From positions 1-39,395 of the IMG/VR virus record IMGVR_UViG_3300032259_000008: a stretch of 39,395 nucleotides of DNA. One strand, 5' to 3'. Positions 17,410-26,512 of the stretch are shown in pieces. Origin of the DNA: a virus (Duplodnaviria; Caudoviricetes). Both the position numbers and the translations under genes were made by a program. The notes below the pieces were generated by a model. It saw nothing but the letters and a program-made list of their open reading frames with translations. It did not search any database and was not told where the DNA came from. Each line of letters opens with the position of its first letter. Positions within the stretch are counted from its first letter, which is position 1.

Positions 17410-18043
17410 TTTGTAACTCCATTAATTTATTTATAAGTGTTTCTCTTCCGATATTTGAAGGAACTCTTAGATCGTTTTCTTTTGCTAATTCAAACAATTT
17501 TTCCATTTCTAAATCATTTAAGTCAACGTCACCTTCACCATCACCGTCTGTGTCAAATCCAGCTTTGCTATAAGTAGCCTCAAAAGTTTCTTTAGGAATC
17601 TTCCATCTATCAGAATCATCACCCTGGTTTTGAACTAAAACGTCACCATTTTCAAAAACACCAACTTGCTCTAAAAGTGCTGTCTTCTTAAATATAGGAA
17701 ATTCGCCTTCTAATAGAGTTGCTTTTGCTGTTTGAATAGGACCTGCTTCGTCTTTTGTTTGACTCTTTTCCCATAGTGCTTGAACTCTATCAAATAGAGA
17801 TTTATCATGCTCTGAAAGTTCTTCATATAAAAGTGAGCCGTCTGCAACACCTTTTGCAATATTTGTAATCAACTCTAAGCTGTTTTGCTCGTCTAGTTGA
17901 ATAAAATCTTCTTCTTCAGCTTTTGATGTAGTATTCCTATCAAAACCCCATCCTTTCTCAATCATTGACTCTGCTAGTTCTGAATCAACTTCTATAAGTT
18001 TGCATTCACCATCTAAGTATAAGTGTTTTTTAATCTGTGACAT
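17402..18043 (-). CDS. multidomain protein: PGDYG-like module, DxDxDG loop, C-terminal HeH/Rho-N-like domain
   Basis: ATG 18043 after AAGGA; GDVLVQN...RW.IPKETFEATY; DTDGDG; L.DL....L.ELAKE..L.VPSNIGRETLINKL. Confidence 0.65.
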   Translation of the reverse strand: MSQIKKHLYLDGECKLIEVDSELAESMIEKGWGFDRNTTSKAEEEDFIQLDEQNSLELITNIAKGVADGSLLYEELSEHDKSLFDRVQALWEKSQTKDEAGPIQTAKATLLEGEFPIFKKTALLEQVGVFENGDVLVQNQGDDSDRWKIPKETFEATYSKAGFDTDGDGEGDVDLNDLEMEKLFELAKENDLRVPSNIGRETLINKLMELQNA

Positions 18044-18066
18044 TTTTATTTTCCTTTTTTTATTTA

Positions 18067-18489
18067 CTAAGGTACGATTACCCAATCTTTTGCTAACGCA
18101 TCGCTTCCAGATGGAGCCCACATTGCTAAATCACCCTGTGCTGTCCATAATGCAAAATATGGTCTTACTACTATTGAATCACCCTCTTTTACTCCATGAG
18201 CTTTTGCAGTGTCTTTATTTGCTGGAACTCCGTTTGGAAAGCCTGGCATAATAACAAAATACATATTTGCACCATTCCACCCAATTCTCGCTACTTTTTT
18301 GCCTTGCTCTGCTAAGAATACAGCATCTCCGAAAGTAAAGCTCCCTGAAGTTTTGTAGGCTTTTTCAAAAACATCTTTAGGACTCCAAGAGGTATAGCCA
18401 CCTTCGTAAACAACCTTATATCCATCTTCGCCTTCAGTACCATTCTGCGGTTCCGCTTGTATTATCTTTGTTCCTATGTATTCTAGCAT
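18067..18489 (-). CDS. tad2: Tad2/DUF2829-family anti-defence sponge fused to an N-terminal YIGTK...SWSPKDVFEKAY domain
   Basis: FTFGDAV....QGKKVAR.GWNG.NMY...W.PS.SD.LA.DW matches my recollection of the SPO1 Tad2/DUF2829 consensus; ATG 18489 after AAGGA. Confidence 0.82.
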   Translation of the reverse strand: MLEYIGTKIIQAEPQNGTEGEDGYKVVYEGGYTSWSPKDVFEKAYKTSGSFTFGDAVFLAEQGKKVARIGWNGANMYFVIMPGFPNGVPANKDTAKAHGVKEGDSIVVRPYFALWTAQGDLAMWAPSGSDALAKDWVIVP

Positions 18490-18509
18490 TCTTTCATCCT
18501 TTTTGTTTA

Positions 18510-18545
18510 AGTTAGTCAATGAGAGCCTAAGCTCCCATCAATTAA
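18510..18545 (-). terminator. hairpin immediately after coat gene (stabiliser or leaky terminator)
   Basis: tgatgggagc-ttag-gctctcattg stem with G-U pairs on minus strand; no U tract. Confidence 0.5.
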
Positions 18546-19795
18546 CCTATCTTTTGGTTAGTTGCTCTCAGAATTAAATCAGGGCGTACCATCTTAACAC
18601 CATAAAGAATATCCATTCTTAAGTTGTTTTGATTTTGGTCACCGTTGAAATACTCTGATACAGAAATATTTAAACCTGTTTGCTTATCACTAGCTCTTGA
18701 ACCGTGACCTGAAACTGGTAAATCTAAGAACACCATTGCCATTGCTACTGCATCTCTGTGCATGATGTAGTTTTCACGATATGTTCCACCTGCATCACCA
18801 AGAACTGTAATTGCTGGATCAGTTGCACCATCAGAAGCCATGTTTTTATCCATTTCAGTCGTAAGAGCTGCACCACCACTTGGGTCTGCTATTGTTCCAC
18901 CACCGATATTGATTGTCGGGCTAACTGTTAATGTTGTTGTTAGACCACCTGACGTTCCAGCTAATACAGTCAATGTTTGTAAGCGTCCTGTAGGTTGCTT
19001 AGTAATTGGGTTGATTTCTGTAACACCTGCAACTGTGAATCTATCACCAATTGAAAATGCTCCAGCCTGTGTTGTCTTAACATTAATAGTATTACCATTT
19101 GTAATAACACCATCAACAACTTCTGTTCCTGCATCTGTACCTACTGTATGAGTGATGATGTTTTGTGAGAAGAAAGAATTAAATCCTGCTAATTCACCAG
19201 CATACCCTTTTTGGATAGCATCTTTTACTAATTCTTGTTGCTGTAGACCAGAAATAGCATTTGAAATGTTTGCTTTATCAATTGTATTACAAATTAAGCG
19301 ACACATTTTATCTGTTGGAATAGCGATATTTTGTGCGTGTGCTGCACCAAGTTCAACATCTGTGTAAGAAAGCGCGCTTCCTACTGTACCAAACGGAGTA
19401 TATGCTTTTCTCATTTCTGTTGCTACTGCAATATCAACAACATTTGCAAGACGATTTGCTGCAGGCTCTAAGTAACGCTCACCAAATTGCTGAATAGAAA
19501 GTTTTTTATCTTTCATTCCCCATGCAAACTTAACATTTTTTTGAGTATCAACTACTAGAGCGACTGATTTATCATTTAATGGTGTTGTTGTAGTTGCAAC
19601 ATTTCCATCATTAACGATAACATTATTTGGAAGCTTCACATTAATAGTGTCGCCTATTTCACCAAATTGACCTTCTAGGTCACGATAAACAGATTTAGTT
19701 AATACTAAATTGTTTTTCCATCTAGCTAACATATCATTAGCGACTTTACTCGTGTTTAAAAGGTTATTCTGATTTCCTGATATAGCTGGTGCCAT
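18542..19795 (-). CDS. major capsid protein (P22 gp5 coat family)
   Basis: NNLV....V.R......GDTI.V..P, YLEPA...LAN.VD, HRDA.A.A...L..P, RMDILYG....RP. Confidence 0.92.
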   Translation of the reverse strand: MAPAISGNQNNLLNTSKVANDMLARWKNNLVLTKSVYRDLEGQFGEIGDTINVKLPNNVIVNDGNVATTTTPLNDKSVALVVDTQKNVKFAWGMKDKKLSIQQFGERYLEPAANRLANVVDIAVATEMRKAYTPFGTVGSALSYTDVELGAAHAQNIAIPTDKMCRLICNTIDKANISNAISGLQQQELVKDAIQKGYAGELAGFNSFFSQNIITHTVGTDAGTEVVDGVITNGNTINVKTTQAGAFSIGDRFTVAGVTEINPITKQPTGRLQTLTVLAGTSGGLTTTLTVSPTINIGGGTIADPSGGAALTTEMDKNMASDGATDPAITVLGDAGGTYRENYIMHRDAVAMAMVFLDLPVSGHGSRASDKQTGLNISVSEYFNGDQNQNNLRMDILYGVKMVRPDLILRATNQKIG

Positions 19796-19809
19796 AATCT
19801 TCTCCTATG

Positions 19810-20622
19810 TTATATAAACCCACCGGCAGACTTTCTCTGCTGGTTATTCAGTAGTGCTTCATGCTCTTCAAATGATAAATCATCATCACCTAAACTTTTC
19901 GCTTTTGCACTTTGTCCTGAAATTGGATTAATTGGTTCTGGTGCTTTTGACTTTTTCACCACTTTCACGGGCTCTTTTTCAAGCTCTATCTCTATTTTTG
20001 CAACTTCTTTGAGTACTTGCTTTGGAGTCATTTCAGATATTTTTGCAGACAAATCTTTATGTGTTGCAAGATAATAAGCAACGGCACTTGGATTCTCTGC
20101 ATCTAATACTTCATTTAATAGGGCTTCTGACAATCTTAAATCATCTGCTCTAACTAACTTATCAAACTCTTCGCCAAAGTCTTCTGCACCATCTTCAAAC
20201 ATTTCCGCTATGCGGTTGTCTTCAGTTGGTGTTTCTTCTTTTTTCTCTTCTTGTGCAGGTGCTTCTTCCTGTTCATCTAAAGCTTTTAAATAGTCGTCGT
20301 AGTTCTCAAAATCATCTACATTAATCTCTTCTTTAACCTCTGAAGGTTTAGACTCTTTTTTATGTAGTTGATCTTCGAGTTCTTTAATCTTACGATTTTG
20401 ACGCTCTATTTTTCTTTGTGCGCGACTTTTTTTCTTTGGTTTTGGATCTTGTGTTTCTTCTTCTTGAGATTCTGCATCAGCTGGTTGCTCTTCCTCAATA
20501 GACTCTTCCTCTTCAGTTCCAATTCCCATTGCTTTCATATCACTCTCTAAAGAATGAATTTCAATAGCGTTTTCAGCCTCTTTATTGTTTTCGATTTCTT
20601 CTTTCGGATTTTCTTGATCCAT
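19810..20622 (-). CDS. scaffolding protein
   Basis: Acidic helical protein upstream of coat; VAYYLATH and SKAPEPI.PI motifs. Confidence 0.85.
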   Translation of the reverse strand: MDQENPKEEIENNKEAENAIEIHSLESDMKAMGIGTEEEESIEEEQPADAESQEEETQDPKPKKKSRAQRKIERQNRKIKELEDQLHKKESKPSEVKEEINVDDFENYDDYLKALDEQEEAPAQEEKKEETPTEDNRIAEMFEDGAEDFGEEFDKLVRADDLRLSEALLNEVLDAENPSAVAYYLATHKDLSAKISEMTPKQVLKEVAKIEIELEKEPVKVVKKSKAPEPINPISGQSAKAKSLGDDDLSFEEHEALLNNQQRKSAGGFI

Positions 20623-20678
20623 TCGGTTCACCCCTTAAGGTTCGATTTATTTGCAAAGCTTTAAAATTTGCTACCCTA

Positions 20679-20711
20679 ATTATTGCATATTGATTATAAT
20701 TATGATACAAT
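20679..20711. promoter_or_regulatory. divergent extended -10 promoters (scaffold/coat leftward; inserted cassette rightward)
   Basis: Minus TGcAATAAT (20679-20687); plus TGaTACAAT (20703-20711). Confidence 0.5.
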
Positions 20712-20718
20712 TATAAAA

Positions 20719-20821
20719 GTATAACCATTACAGCTAATCAATTAGCATTATATGTATTTTATTAACCCTCTGATTATGTTCATGGGAATTTATAATTGCG
20801 GTTAGCTGTAATGGTTATATA
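20719..20821 (+). repeat. long inverted repeat / leader hairpin
   Basis: tataaccattacagctaatc ... ggttagctgtaatggttata. Confidence 0.85.
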
Positions 20822-20835
20822 CTAAAGGATTAAGC

Positions 20836-21066
20836 ATGAACAATACTATTGCTAAAGGTAGAAAGATGAAAGAGTGGATATTTAATAATGGTTATTTCAT
20901 TAACTCGGGACCAAACAGTGATATAAAAGAATATGCGTACTGTGCATCTCTTAAATTGAAAGGCGATAGTAATGTTCATTTATTTTGGGAACATTTTATA
21001 AAGCCCACAGAAATAGAGTCAGTAACTAAAGTATTTCTATGGGTATGGAACAAGGAGAAGAAATGA
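20836..21066 (+). CDS. hypothetical protein (counter-oriented cassette gene 1)
   Basis: AAGGA RBS; ATGA overlap with next gene. Confidence 0.6.
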   Translation: MNNTIAKGRKMKEWIFNNGYFINSGPNSDIKEYAYCASLKLKGDSNVHLFWEHFIKPTEIESVTKVFLWVWNKEKK

Positions 21067-21209
21067 GCAAAAAAAAAGACAGCGATATTGTAATGATTCC
21101 AGTCACGGCAGGAACACGCAAAAAACTTATACAAATGAAACTTGACTTAGTAAACGGTGGAACTTATGAAGAGTTAATGCTGAAGTTTGTTAATGAGAAG
21201 GGGTATTAA
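21063..21209 (+). CDS. ribbon-helix-helix-like DNA-binding protein (48 aa)
   Basis: MSKKKDSDIVMIPVTAGTRKKLIQMKLDLVNGGTYEELMLKFV; strand-helix-helix pattern; AAGGAG RBS. Confidence 0.6.
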   Translation: MSKKKDSDIVMIPVTAGTRKKLIQMKLDLVNGGTYEELMLKFVNEKGY

Positions 21210-21210
21210 G

Positions 21211-21486
21211 ATGGCTAACAATTCAGATATCAAAGGTGCTTTAAAGGCTATTGCAAACGGAAGCGATGTTGTTTATGACATGAGCACAATGGAAGATAAA
21301 ATTGTCATTGCATTAGACATTCAACAAATGGTCGAAAATATAATGAAATATGTTGAGACTATTGAGACTATTGACGCGTATGTTCCTATTGTTATTCAAG
21401 TAGGAGGCAAGCAAATTCTCTTAAAGAGAGAAACGGAAGTTGTCAAAACAATAAAAACTAAAGGATATAATATTGTTAAAGGATAA
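21211..21486 (+). CDS. hypothetical protein (cassette gene 3)
   Basis: ATG 21211 after AAGGGG. Confidence 0.65.
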   Translation: MANNSDIKGALKAIANGSDVVYDMSTMEDKIVIALDIQQMVENIMKYVETIETIDAYVPIVIQVGGKQILLKRETEVVKTIKTKGYNIVKG

Positions 21487-21503
21487 CCACCTTAACTGGT
21501 GGT
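21486..21503. terminator. short hairpin at convergent ends of portal and cassette
   Basis: accacc-ttaact-ggtggt. Confidence 0.35.
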
Positions 21504-23600
21504 AGCTCCTGGTTGAATTGTCTCCGCTATCTTTTTAGCCAAATTATCTTTAGCTTTCTCGTCATTCTCTTCACTTTTTTTAATATCATTCTCGCCTGTT
21601 TCTATTTCCAAAGTATCAAGTTTAATTTGTTCTTGCATGACCTTGAGTTTATCTTGTTCAACTTTCAATTCTGCTTGTTGAGTTTTAAACTGCTCCTGCT
21701 GAGTCTTTAAAGCTTGTTCTTGCTGTGCTAACTCTTGCATCTTAGCTGCTAACTCTGCGTTTGGATCTGGTTGTGGTTCAGGGGCATCTTTTGCTAACTC
21801 TTCTTGCTTTTCTTTACTTAGATATTGAGGCGGTATCGTTTTTTCTAATCTCTTAGCTAATACATCACTTTCACTAAAATCTAAATTTTTAACAAGTAAA
21901 TCACTTCCAACTTGTGCAACTTGTGGATTAGCACTCATTAGATTCATTATCTGATCAGCATTTTCTTCACGTTTTGTTTCGTAACTTGCTCCGCTACTCA
22001 TAACTACAGTATGCTTTCCAAAGTTAAGATCATTTATTACAATATCTTCACCTGTGTAATTATCTTTCTCGACCTTATTTATCTCTACTGTTTGAGTCGA
22101 ACCGTCTTCACCTCGAATTCTAATAATACGCTCAGTATCATATACTCTTGGTATCATTTCAGTACAGAGCAGACCAACTCTTCTAATAGCATTTTGATAG
22201 TTGTCCATAAATTCAAAAGTTCCAACTTCTGCTTCGCCCTGTCTTGCTCTTATTGCTTTACCGCTTACTTCGTTTGAAGTTTGACCTAGTGCTGCTGGTT
22301 GAATCCCAATACTATCCATCATATCGCCGTCAAGTACATTTGAAACGGTAAGTTCTGCAGCTGGCATTGTTGCACCCATTTCACGAGTTGGTCTTTCTTC
22401 ACCTTTTTTATAGACAAGAGTGGACCACTTAATACTATTAGCTTCCGCCCATTGGTCTTCATAACCCTCGATCGCTTTATCTGTTGCTATCCATGGAGCA
22501 AGTGGAGACATATCTATTCTTTCAAGTGCTGCTGATCTCATTCGGTTTAGTGCTATCTGAGCATCTATCCCATCGTCAACTAAACCTTTCGTTAGTGTCT
22601 TAGTTCTAAAGTCTGTTTCTCTTCCCATCACTGGAACGACTGGAATTGTACTTGTTGGAAATTCAATATCATCTTCAAGAATATCTCCACCACTTATCTT
22701 ACACCAGATTACTTTATGACTTTTAACCACTCTTTCTCTTGTTTTGGTAATGCCTTTCTTTTCTAGCTCTACAAATAAATCTTTGATATCATCTAAATCA
22801 TGTATCTCTCCATTACTCAATTGACAAATGGTTTTATCATATGGCTCACGTCTGAAATATTCTGCGATTGTTACATTTTCAACATCACCCCAAAAAGTAG
22901 ATTGCTCCGTGCCTGTATCAATTGGTGTTTCGTGAGATTTACCGGGGTATCTTTTGTTGAATTCTACTAAACTCATTGTTTCAGTAATAAACAACCAATT
23001 CATATCACTCTTATCTGACTCTTGGGCTGCTGGATCATAGATAACACTCCAACGATTACGAATACCCTTTACTTTGATATCTAAGTCAAAACCATCATCT
23101 TGATACTCTGTTAGCACTCTGAGCCAACCAAAACCACCTTCTAAAGCGTGTTTGAATGCCATCTTGTACCAACTTATAGCGTTTGATTGATATTCTATAT
23201 CCCTGATTAAGTCTGTTAAAACTCTTGATAGCTTAATAGAATCACCTTTGCTATTGAGAATATTTGGTTCTTCTAAACCAATGCTTGCACCAGTAGGAGA
23301 AACATTAATACTTTGCACACTTGCTCTTTGCGCTCCAGTAACTTTATTAATAAACTGCGGCAATTTATTAAAAGTTAGAGCTATTCTGTTTTCAGATTCT
23401 TTTTCGGCAATTTCTTCAACTGTGTAATGATTTCCAAAGATGTAGTTTAATGATCTCTCTGCTCTATCCATGTTGTCTTTTGAGTAGTCATAGCCAACTA
23501 AGCCACGCTCTAAGGCTTCTTTGAGTATCGCTGTCTTATCATTACCCTCTCTTGTGCTGACTGGCTCTGCTGTTATTCCAGTGCTTTCATCTGCTTTCAT
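21492..23600 (-). CDS. portal protein (P22-like)
   Basis: LTFNKLPQFINKVTG.QR, GGFGWLRV, IPVVPV.G, SNEVSGKAI.ARQ, C-terminal coiled-coil barrel. Confidence 0.95.
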   Translation of the reverse strand: MKADESTGITAEPVSTREGNDKTAILKEALERGLVGYDYSKDNMDRAERSLNYIFGNHYTVEEIAEKESENRIALTFNKLPQFINKVTGAQRASVQSINVSPTGASIGLEEPNILNSKGDSIKLSRVLTDLIRDIEYQSNAISWYKMAFKHALEGGFGWLRVLTEYQDDGFDLDIKVKGIRNRWSVIYDPAAQESDKSDMNWLFITETMSLVEFNKRYPGKSHETPIDTGTEQSTFWGDVENVTIAEYFRREPYDKTICQLSNGEIHDLDDIKDLFVELEKKGITKTRERVVKSHKVIWCKISGGDILEDDIEFPTSTIPVVPVMGRETDFRTKTLTKGLVDDGIDAQIALNRMRSAALERIDMSPLAPWIATDKAIEGYEDQWAEANSIKWSTLVYKKGEERPTREMGATMPAAELTVSNVLDGDMMDSIGIQPAALGQTSNEVSGKAIRARQGEAEVGTFEFMDNYQNAIRRVGLLCTEMIPRVYDTERIIRIRGEDGSTQTVEINKVEKDNYTGEDIVINDLNFGKHTVVMSSGASYETKREENADQIMNLMSANPQVAQVGSDLLVKNLDFSESDVLAKRLEKTIPPQYLSKEKQEELAKDAPEPQPDPNAELAAKMQELAQQEQALKTQQEQFKTQQAELKVEQDKLKVMQEQIKLDTLEIETGENDIKKSEENDEKAKDNLAKKIAETIQPGATTS

Positions 23601-25000
23601 TATCTCTTCCTTTTAAATAGTTTTCTCTGCATTGATGCGACATTTGATATTCCAGAAGTCATCACTTTTGGTAATGATAGCGAAAGATACCTAAAAGAGT
23701 CAGCGTAATCACTCGCCCAGTCATGGAGTGGCTTATCTTTATACCGGTTCATTTTCTCGTCAAACTCTTTCCGATATGATCGTAAAGCCCTTATTCCATC
23801 TTTACAATTTATCTCATCTATAAAACAATGTCCTAGCAATTCTCTTGTTGCATCTATCCCATCATCTACTGAAATGTTTGGGACCATGTCAACATTCCAT
23901 CCCAATTCTTCAAGCTTCTCATATCTCGTCATTAGAGTATCACTTGTCATACTTCGTACATTTGCATCATGTGGAACGAATAATGACTCTATCGATATGC
24001 TATGTTTGTTTTGTAACTCTTTTAGATAATCAGAATAGAATTTAAGAGGTTGTCCACTATCTGCGAAACAATCATTTATTCTTACTTCTCTTCCATGTAT
24101 CTGGAAAGTCCACAATACCATCTGATCGCCAATTCCTAAATCAAAAACAGTAAAGGTTCTAAGTGCTGTTTCAAATGGAACTTTTGTGATTCTGCCCTGC
24201 TCTTTCATCTTAGTTATTCGTTTAGCGTAGTACTGATTAGCGGTGTCTATATCTTCCCATGACCCTTCATACCATTTAGCTCTTAAGTCTAGTGGTAGAT
24301 TTTTAAGAAACTGAACATATTGTGGATCTGCATCGGCAAGGTGTCTATTGTCTTCAATATTAGCAGGAACGAAGATTCTAGTTAGTCCGCCCTCTTCAAA
24401 CTTTTTAGCGTTCTCTTGCTCTGGGTCTGTAATCTTCCAATATTCTTTAACCCATTCGTGACCTGCACCACCTGGATTTGTTGTTGCTAAAAATTGAGGA
24501 GTTAAGTCTGGGATAGTTGATCTTAATGAGCCCATAAGTTTTTCAAAAAGTTCTTGTGTAGGAATGTGCGTGAGTTCTTCGATTAGTATCTTTTGGTATT
24601 CGTGACCTTGGTATGCTGTGTATGCGTCTTCAGTTCCTAAGTGTCCTGTGTAGATTACAGCACCACTTGGAAAAGTAAACTTTGCAGGATTTCCAGTCTT
24701 CTTTGCTCCGAACTTACTCCAGACTTGATTTGCTCTGTCTACAAAGTCTGTTAAGTCTTTTGCATTACGTCTAATTACTAAACCGCGAAACTTCTCATGG
24801 TGTATATCATAGAGAAACCATCTAATAGCCGCATCTGTCTTTCCACCACCTCTTGAACCACCAAATAGAATATACGAGGCTGTTGAAGATAGCATTGTGG
24901 TTTGCTTAGCTGTTGGGGTCCATGTTGTTACATCTTTACCTTTATCGAAATATGATCTTGATACTTCTTCGTACTTCTCAAACGGTGGTAAGGCACTCAT
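23600..25000 (-). CDS. terL: terminase large subunit
   Basis: Walker A GGSRGGGKT, Walker B ILIEELT, TTNPGG, nuclease FDLG..D and HDWASD.ADSFRY. Confidence 0.95.
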   Translation of the reverse strand: MSALPPFEKYEEVSRSYFDKGKDVTTWTPTAKQTTMLSSTASYILFGGSRGGGKTDAAIRWFLYDIHHEKFRGLVIRRNAKDLTDFVDRANQVWSKFGAKKTGNPAKFTFPSGAVIYTGHLGTEDAYTAYQGHEYQKILIEELTHIPTQELFEKLMGSLRSTIPDLTPQFLATTNPGGAGHEWVKEYWKITDPEQENAKKFEEGGLTRIFVPANIEDNRHLADADPQYVQFLKNLPLDLRAKWYEGSWEDIDTANQYYAKRITKMKEQGRITKVPFETALRTFTVFDLGIGDQMVLWTFQIHGREVRINDCFADSGQPLKFYSDYLKELQNKHSISIESLFVPHDANVRSMTSDTLMTRYEKLEELGWNVDMVPNISVDDGIDATRELLGHCFIDEINCKDGIRALRSYRKEFDEKMNRYKDKPLHDWASDYADSFRYLSLSLPKVMTSGISNVASMQRKLFKRKR

Positions 25001-25339
25001 TTAAATGCTCTTTTCTAGTGTGTCTATAAATGCTCTGTAAATTTCTTCAACTATATGGGGCATTACTTCATCGTCTTTAACTTCTTGACCTATTGTTTCC
25101 ATTAGAAAAAAACTAGCATGAACACATTCATGTGCTAAAATTTCCCCTCTTTTATCTCTTGCAAATATAATACTTACTATTTGTCCATTACTTAATTTAA
25201 GTGCTATAAATTTACCATTCACTTCTGACACATCTATCTTAGATTTAAAGTGTTTATTTATTTTCTTCATTTTCTTTTCTGTGTCTGCAAAATAATAGTG
25301 CATTTTAAATGTATCATTGAAATAGTATAAATTATCCAT
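25001..25339 (-). CDS. small HExxH metallopeptidase-like protein
   Basis: LAHECVHA...DDE motif. Confidence 0.6.
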   Translation of the reverse strand: MDNLYYFNDTFKMHYYFADTEKKMKKINKHFKSKIDVSEVNGKFIALKLSNGQIVSIIFARDKRGEILAHECVHASFFLMETIGQEVKDDEVMPHIVEEIYRAFIDTLEKSI

Positions 25340-25873
25340 TTAATTATCTTTGTCTTTAGGAGGTAGCATTGTAATATGTCCACTATGAATCATTTCTGTT
25401 TTCTCATTGAATATTCCGAAGTGCTTACCTAGTAGCTCAAGGGCTTTTTCTTTGGAAAACTGTTTATATTCCTCTGTTGTTTTCTCTTGTGGGTCTTTCT
25501 TGTCTCCAATCTGAACACTTGTAACTTTAAATGATGAAACTGTTGCAGCGGTATCGTCGTCCAATTCGTATGGCTCTAGTAATCTACCAGTGTCGTCATA
25601 TAGTTTTCTAACATCGAGAAGAGCAATTTTTGCAAGCTCTGAGATAACCATATCACCTGTTATCTCTGTCCTTTTTTCTCTCTCTTTAATATAAAATTGA
25701 ATATACTCCTGAACCTTAACATGAGTTAACAACCTACTCGCCTGTGACGAAGCTGTCTTTTCGCTATACCCTGCCTTTATTGCGGCATCTGTTCCATTAA
25801 ATTTAATTATGTATTCTTGGGCGAAAGTTCTATATTGTTTTTCTTGTTTGGGGGTTAGCTTCTTCTCTTCCAT
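25340..25873 (-). CDS. terS: terminase small subunit
   Basis: F..EY....N.T.AAI.AGYS.KTA..QASRLL...K.KALELLGKH.GIF. Confidence 0.95.
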   Translation of the reverse strand: MEEKKLTPKQEKQYRTFAQEYIIKFNGTDAAIKAGYSEKTASSQASRLLTHVKVQEYIQFYIKEREKRTEITGDMVISELAKIALLDVRKLYDDTGRLLEPYELDDDTAATVSSFKVTSVQIGDKKDPQEKTTEEYKQFSKEKALELLGKHFGIFNEKTEMIHSGHITMLPPKDKDN

Positions 25874-25911
25874 TTTAATACCTTCCGTGTATAAAGCGAT
25901 TTGTTTCCCAT

Positions 25912-25920
25912 ATTATAACA
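25912..25920 (-). promoter_or_regulatory. extended -10 promoter upstream of terS
   Basis: TGtTATAAT on minus strand. Confidence 0.55.
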
Positions 25921-26059
25921 TAAGTTGATTTTTAGCTATTTTCTTACAAAGTAATGATATCCCCAGTGAAATATCCCTCTTTCTTTTCTTCCTCTTATCA
26001 TTTTGTGACCTCCTCGTTTATGTATTGTTTTACTATGGGCTATTTTGGCATTTGTAGCC

Positions 26060-26221
26060 CTATTTTACGAAGCTCATTAAAAAGTCATAAACAAAATAAA
26101 TGTTAATTGCTATGCTTACTATCATTACTTTTATTGTTTTTGGAAGTGTGTGTGTTGCTAAATATTTATAGTGGTAACATCTATGAGGTGGTCTTTGCCC
26201 TATTTCTTCTTCTGTAGTCAT
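26060..26221 (-). CDS. small protein with C-terminal TM helix (53 aa)
   Basis: GGAGGA RBS 7 nt upstream of ATG. Confidence 0.55.
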   Translation of the reverse strand: MTTEEEIGQRPPHRCYHYKYLATHTLPKTIKVMIVSIAINIYFVYDFLMSFVK

Positions 26222-26230
26222 AATTTTATC

Positions 26231-26264
26231 CTCCAACGATAACGCCGAGGGTTGGAGTCTCGGC
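26231..26264 (-). promoter_or_regulatory. H-type pseudoknot overlapping the RBS
   Basis: GCCGAG/CUCGGC stem; loop CUCCAAC pairs with downstream GUUGGAG. Confidence 0.55.
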
Positions 26265-26272
26265 TAGTGTTA

Positions 26273-26512
26273 TTATAGCGTTTTATTGCTTAACTTTTCT
26301 TCAATCTGCTTAATAACTGTTGTGTATTCTGTAAAATTAACATTAATATCAATGAAATATCTGACACCTCTTGTTTCGCTTGGATTCATGTCATTATTTG
26401 CACTCTTAAATATCGCAAATGTTGGCATATCCTCATGGTCTGCTAAGTGTTTCACTATTATTCCGTACTGGCTTAGTTCTTCAGCTATTGCTTCATATTC
26501 TTTCATCTTCAC
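26273..26512 (-). CDS. hypothetical protein
   Basis: ORF abutting upstream gene. Confidence 0.6.
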   Translation of the reverse strand: MKMKEYEAIAEELSQYGIIVKHLADHEDMPTFAIFKSANNDMNPSETRGVRYFIDINVNFTEYTTVIKQIEEKLSNKTL

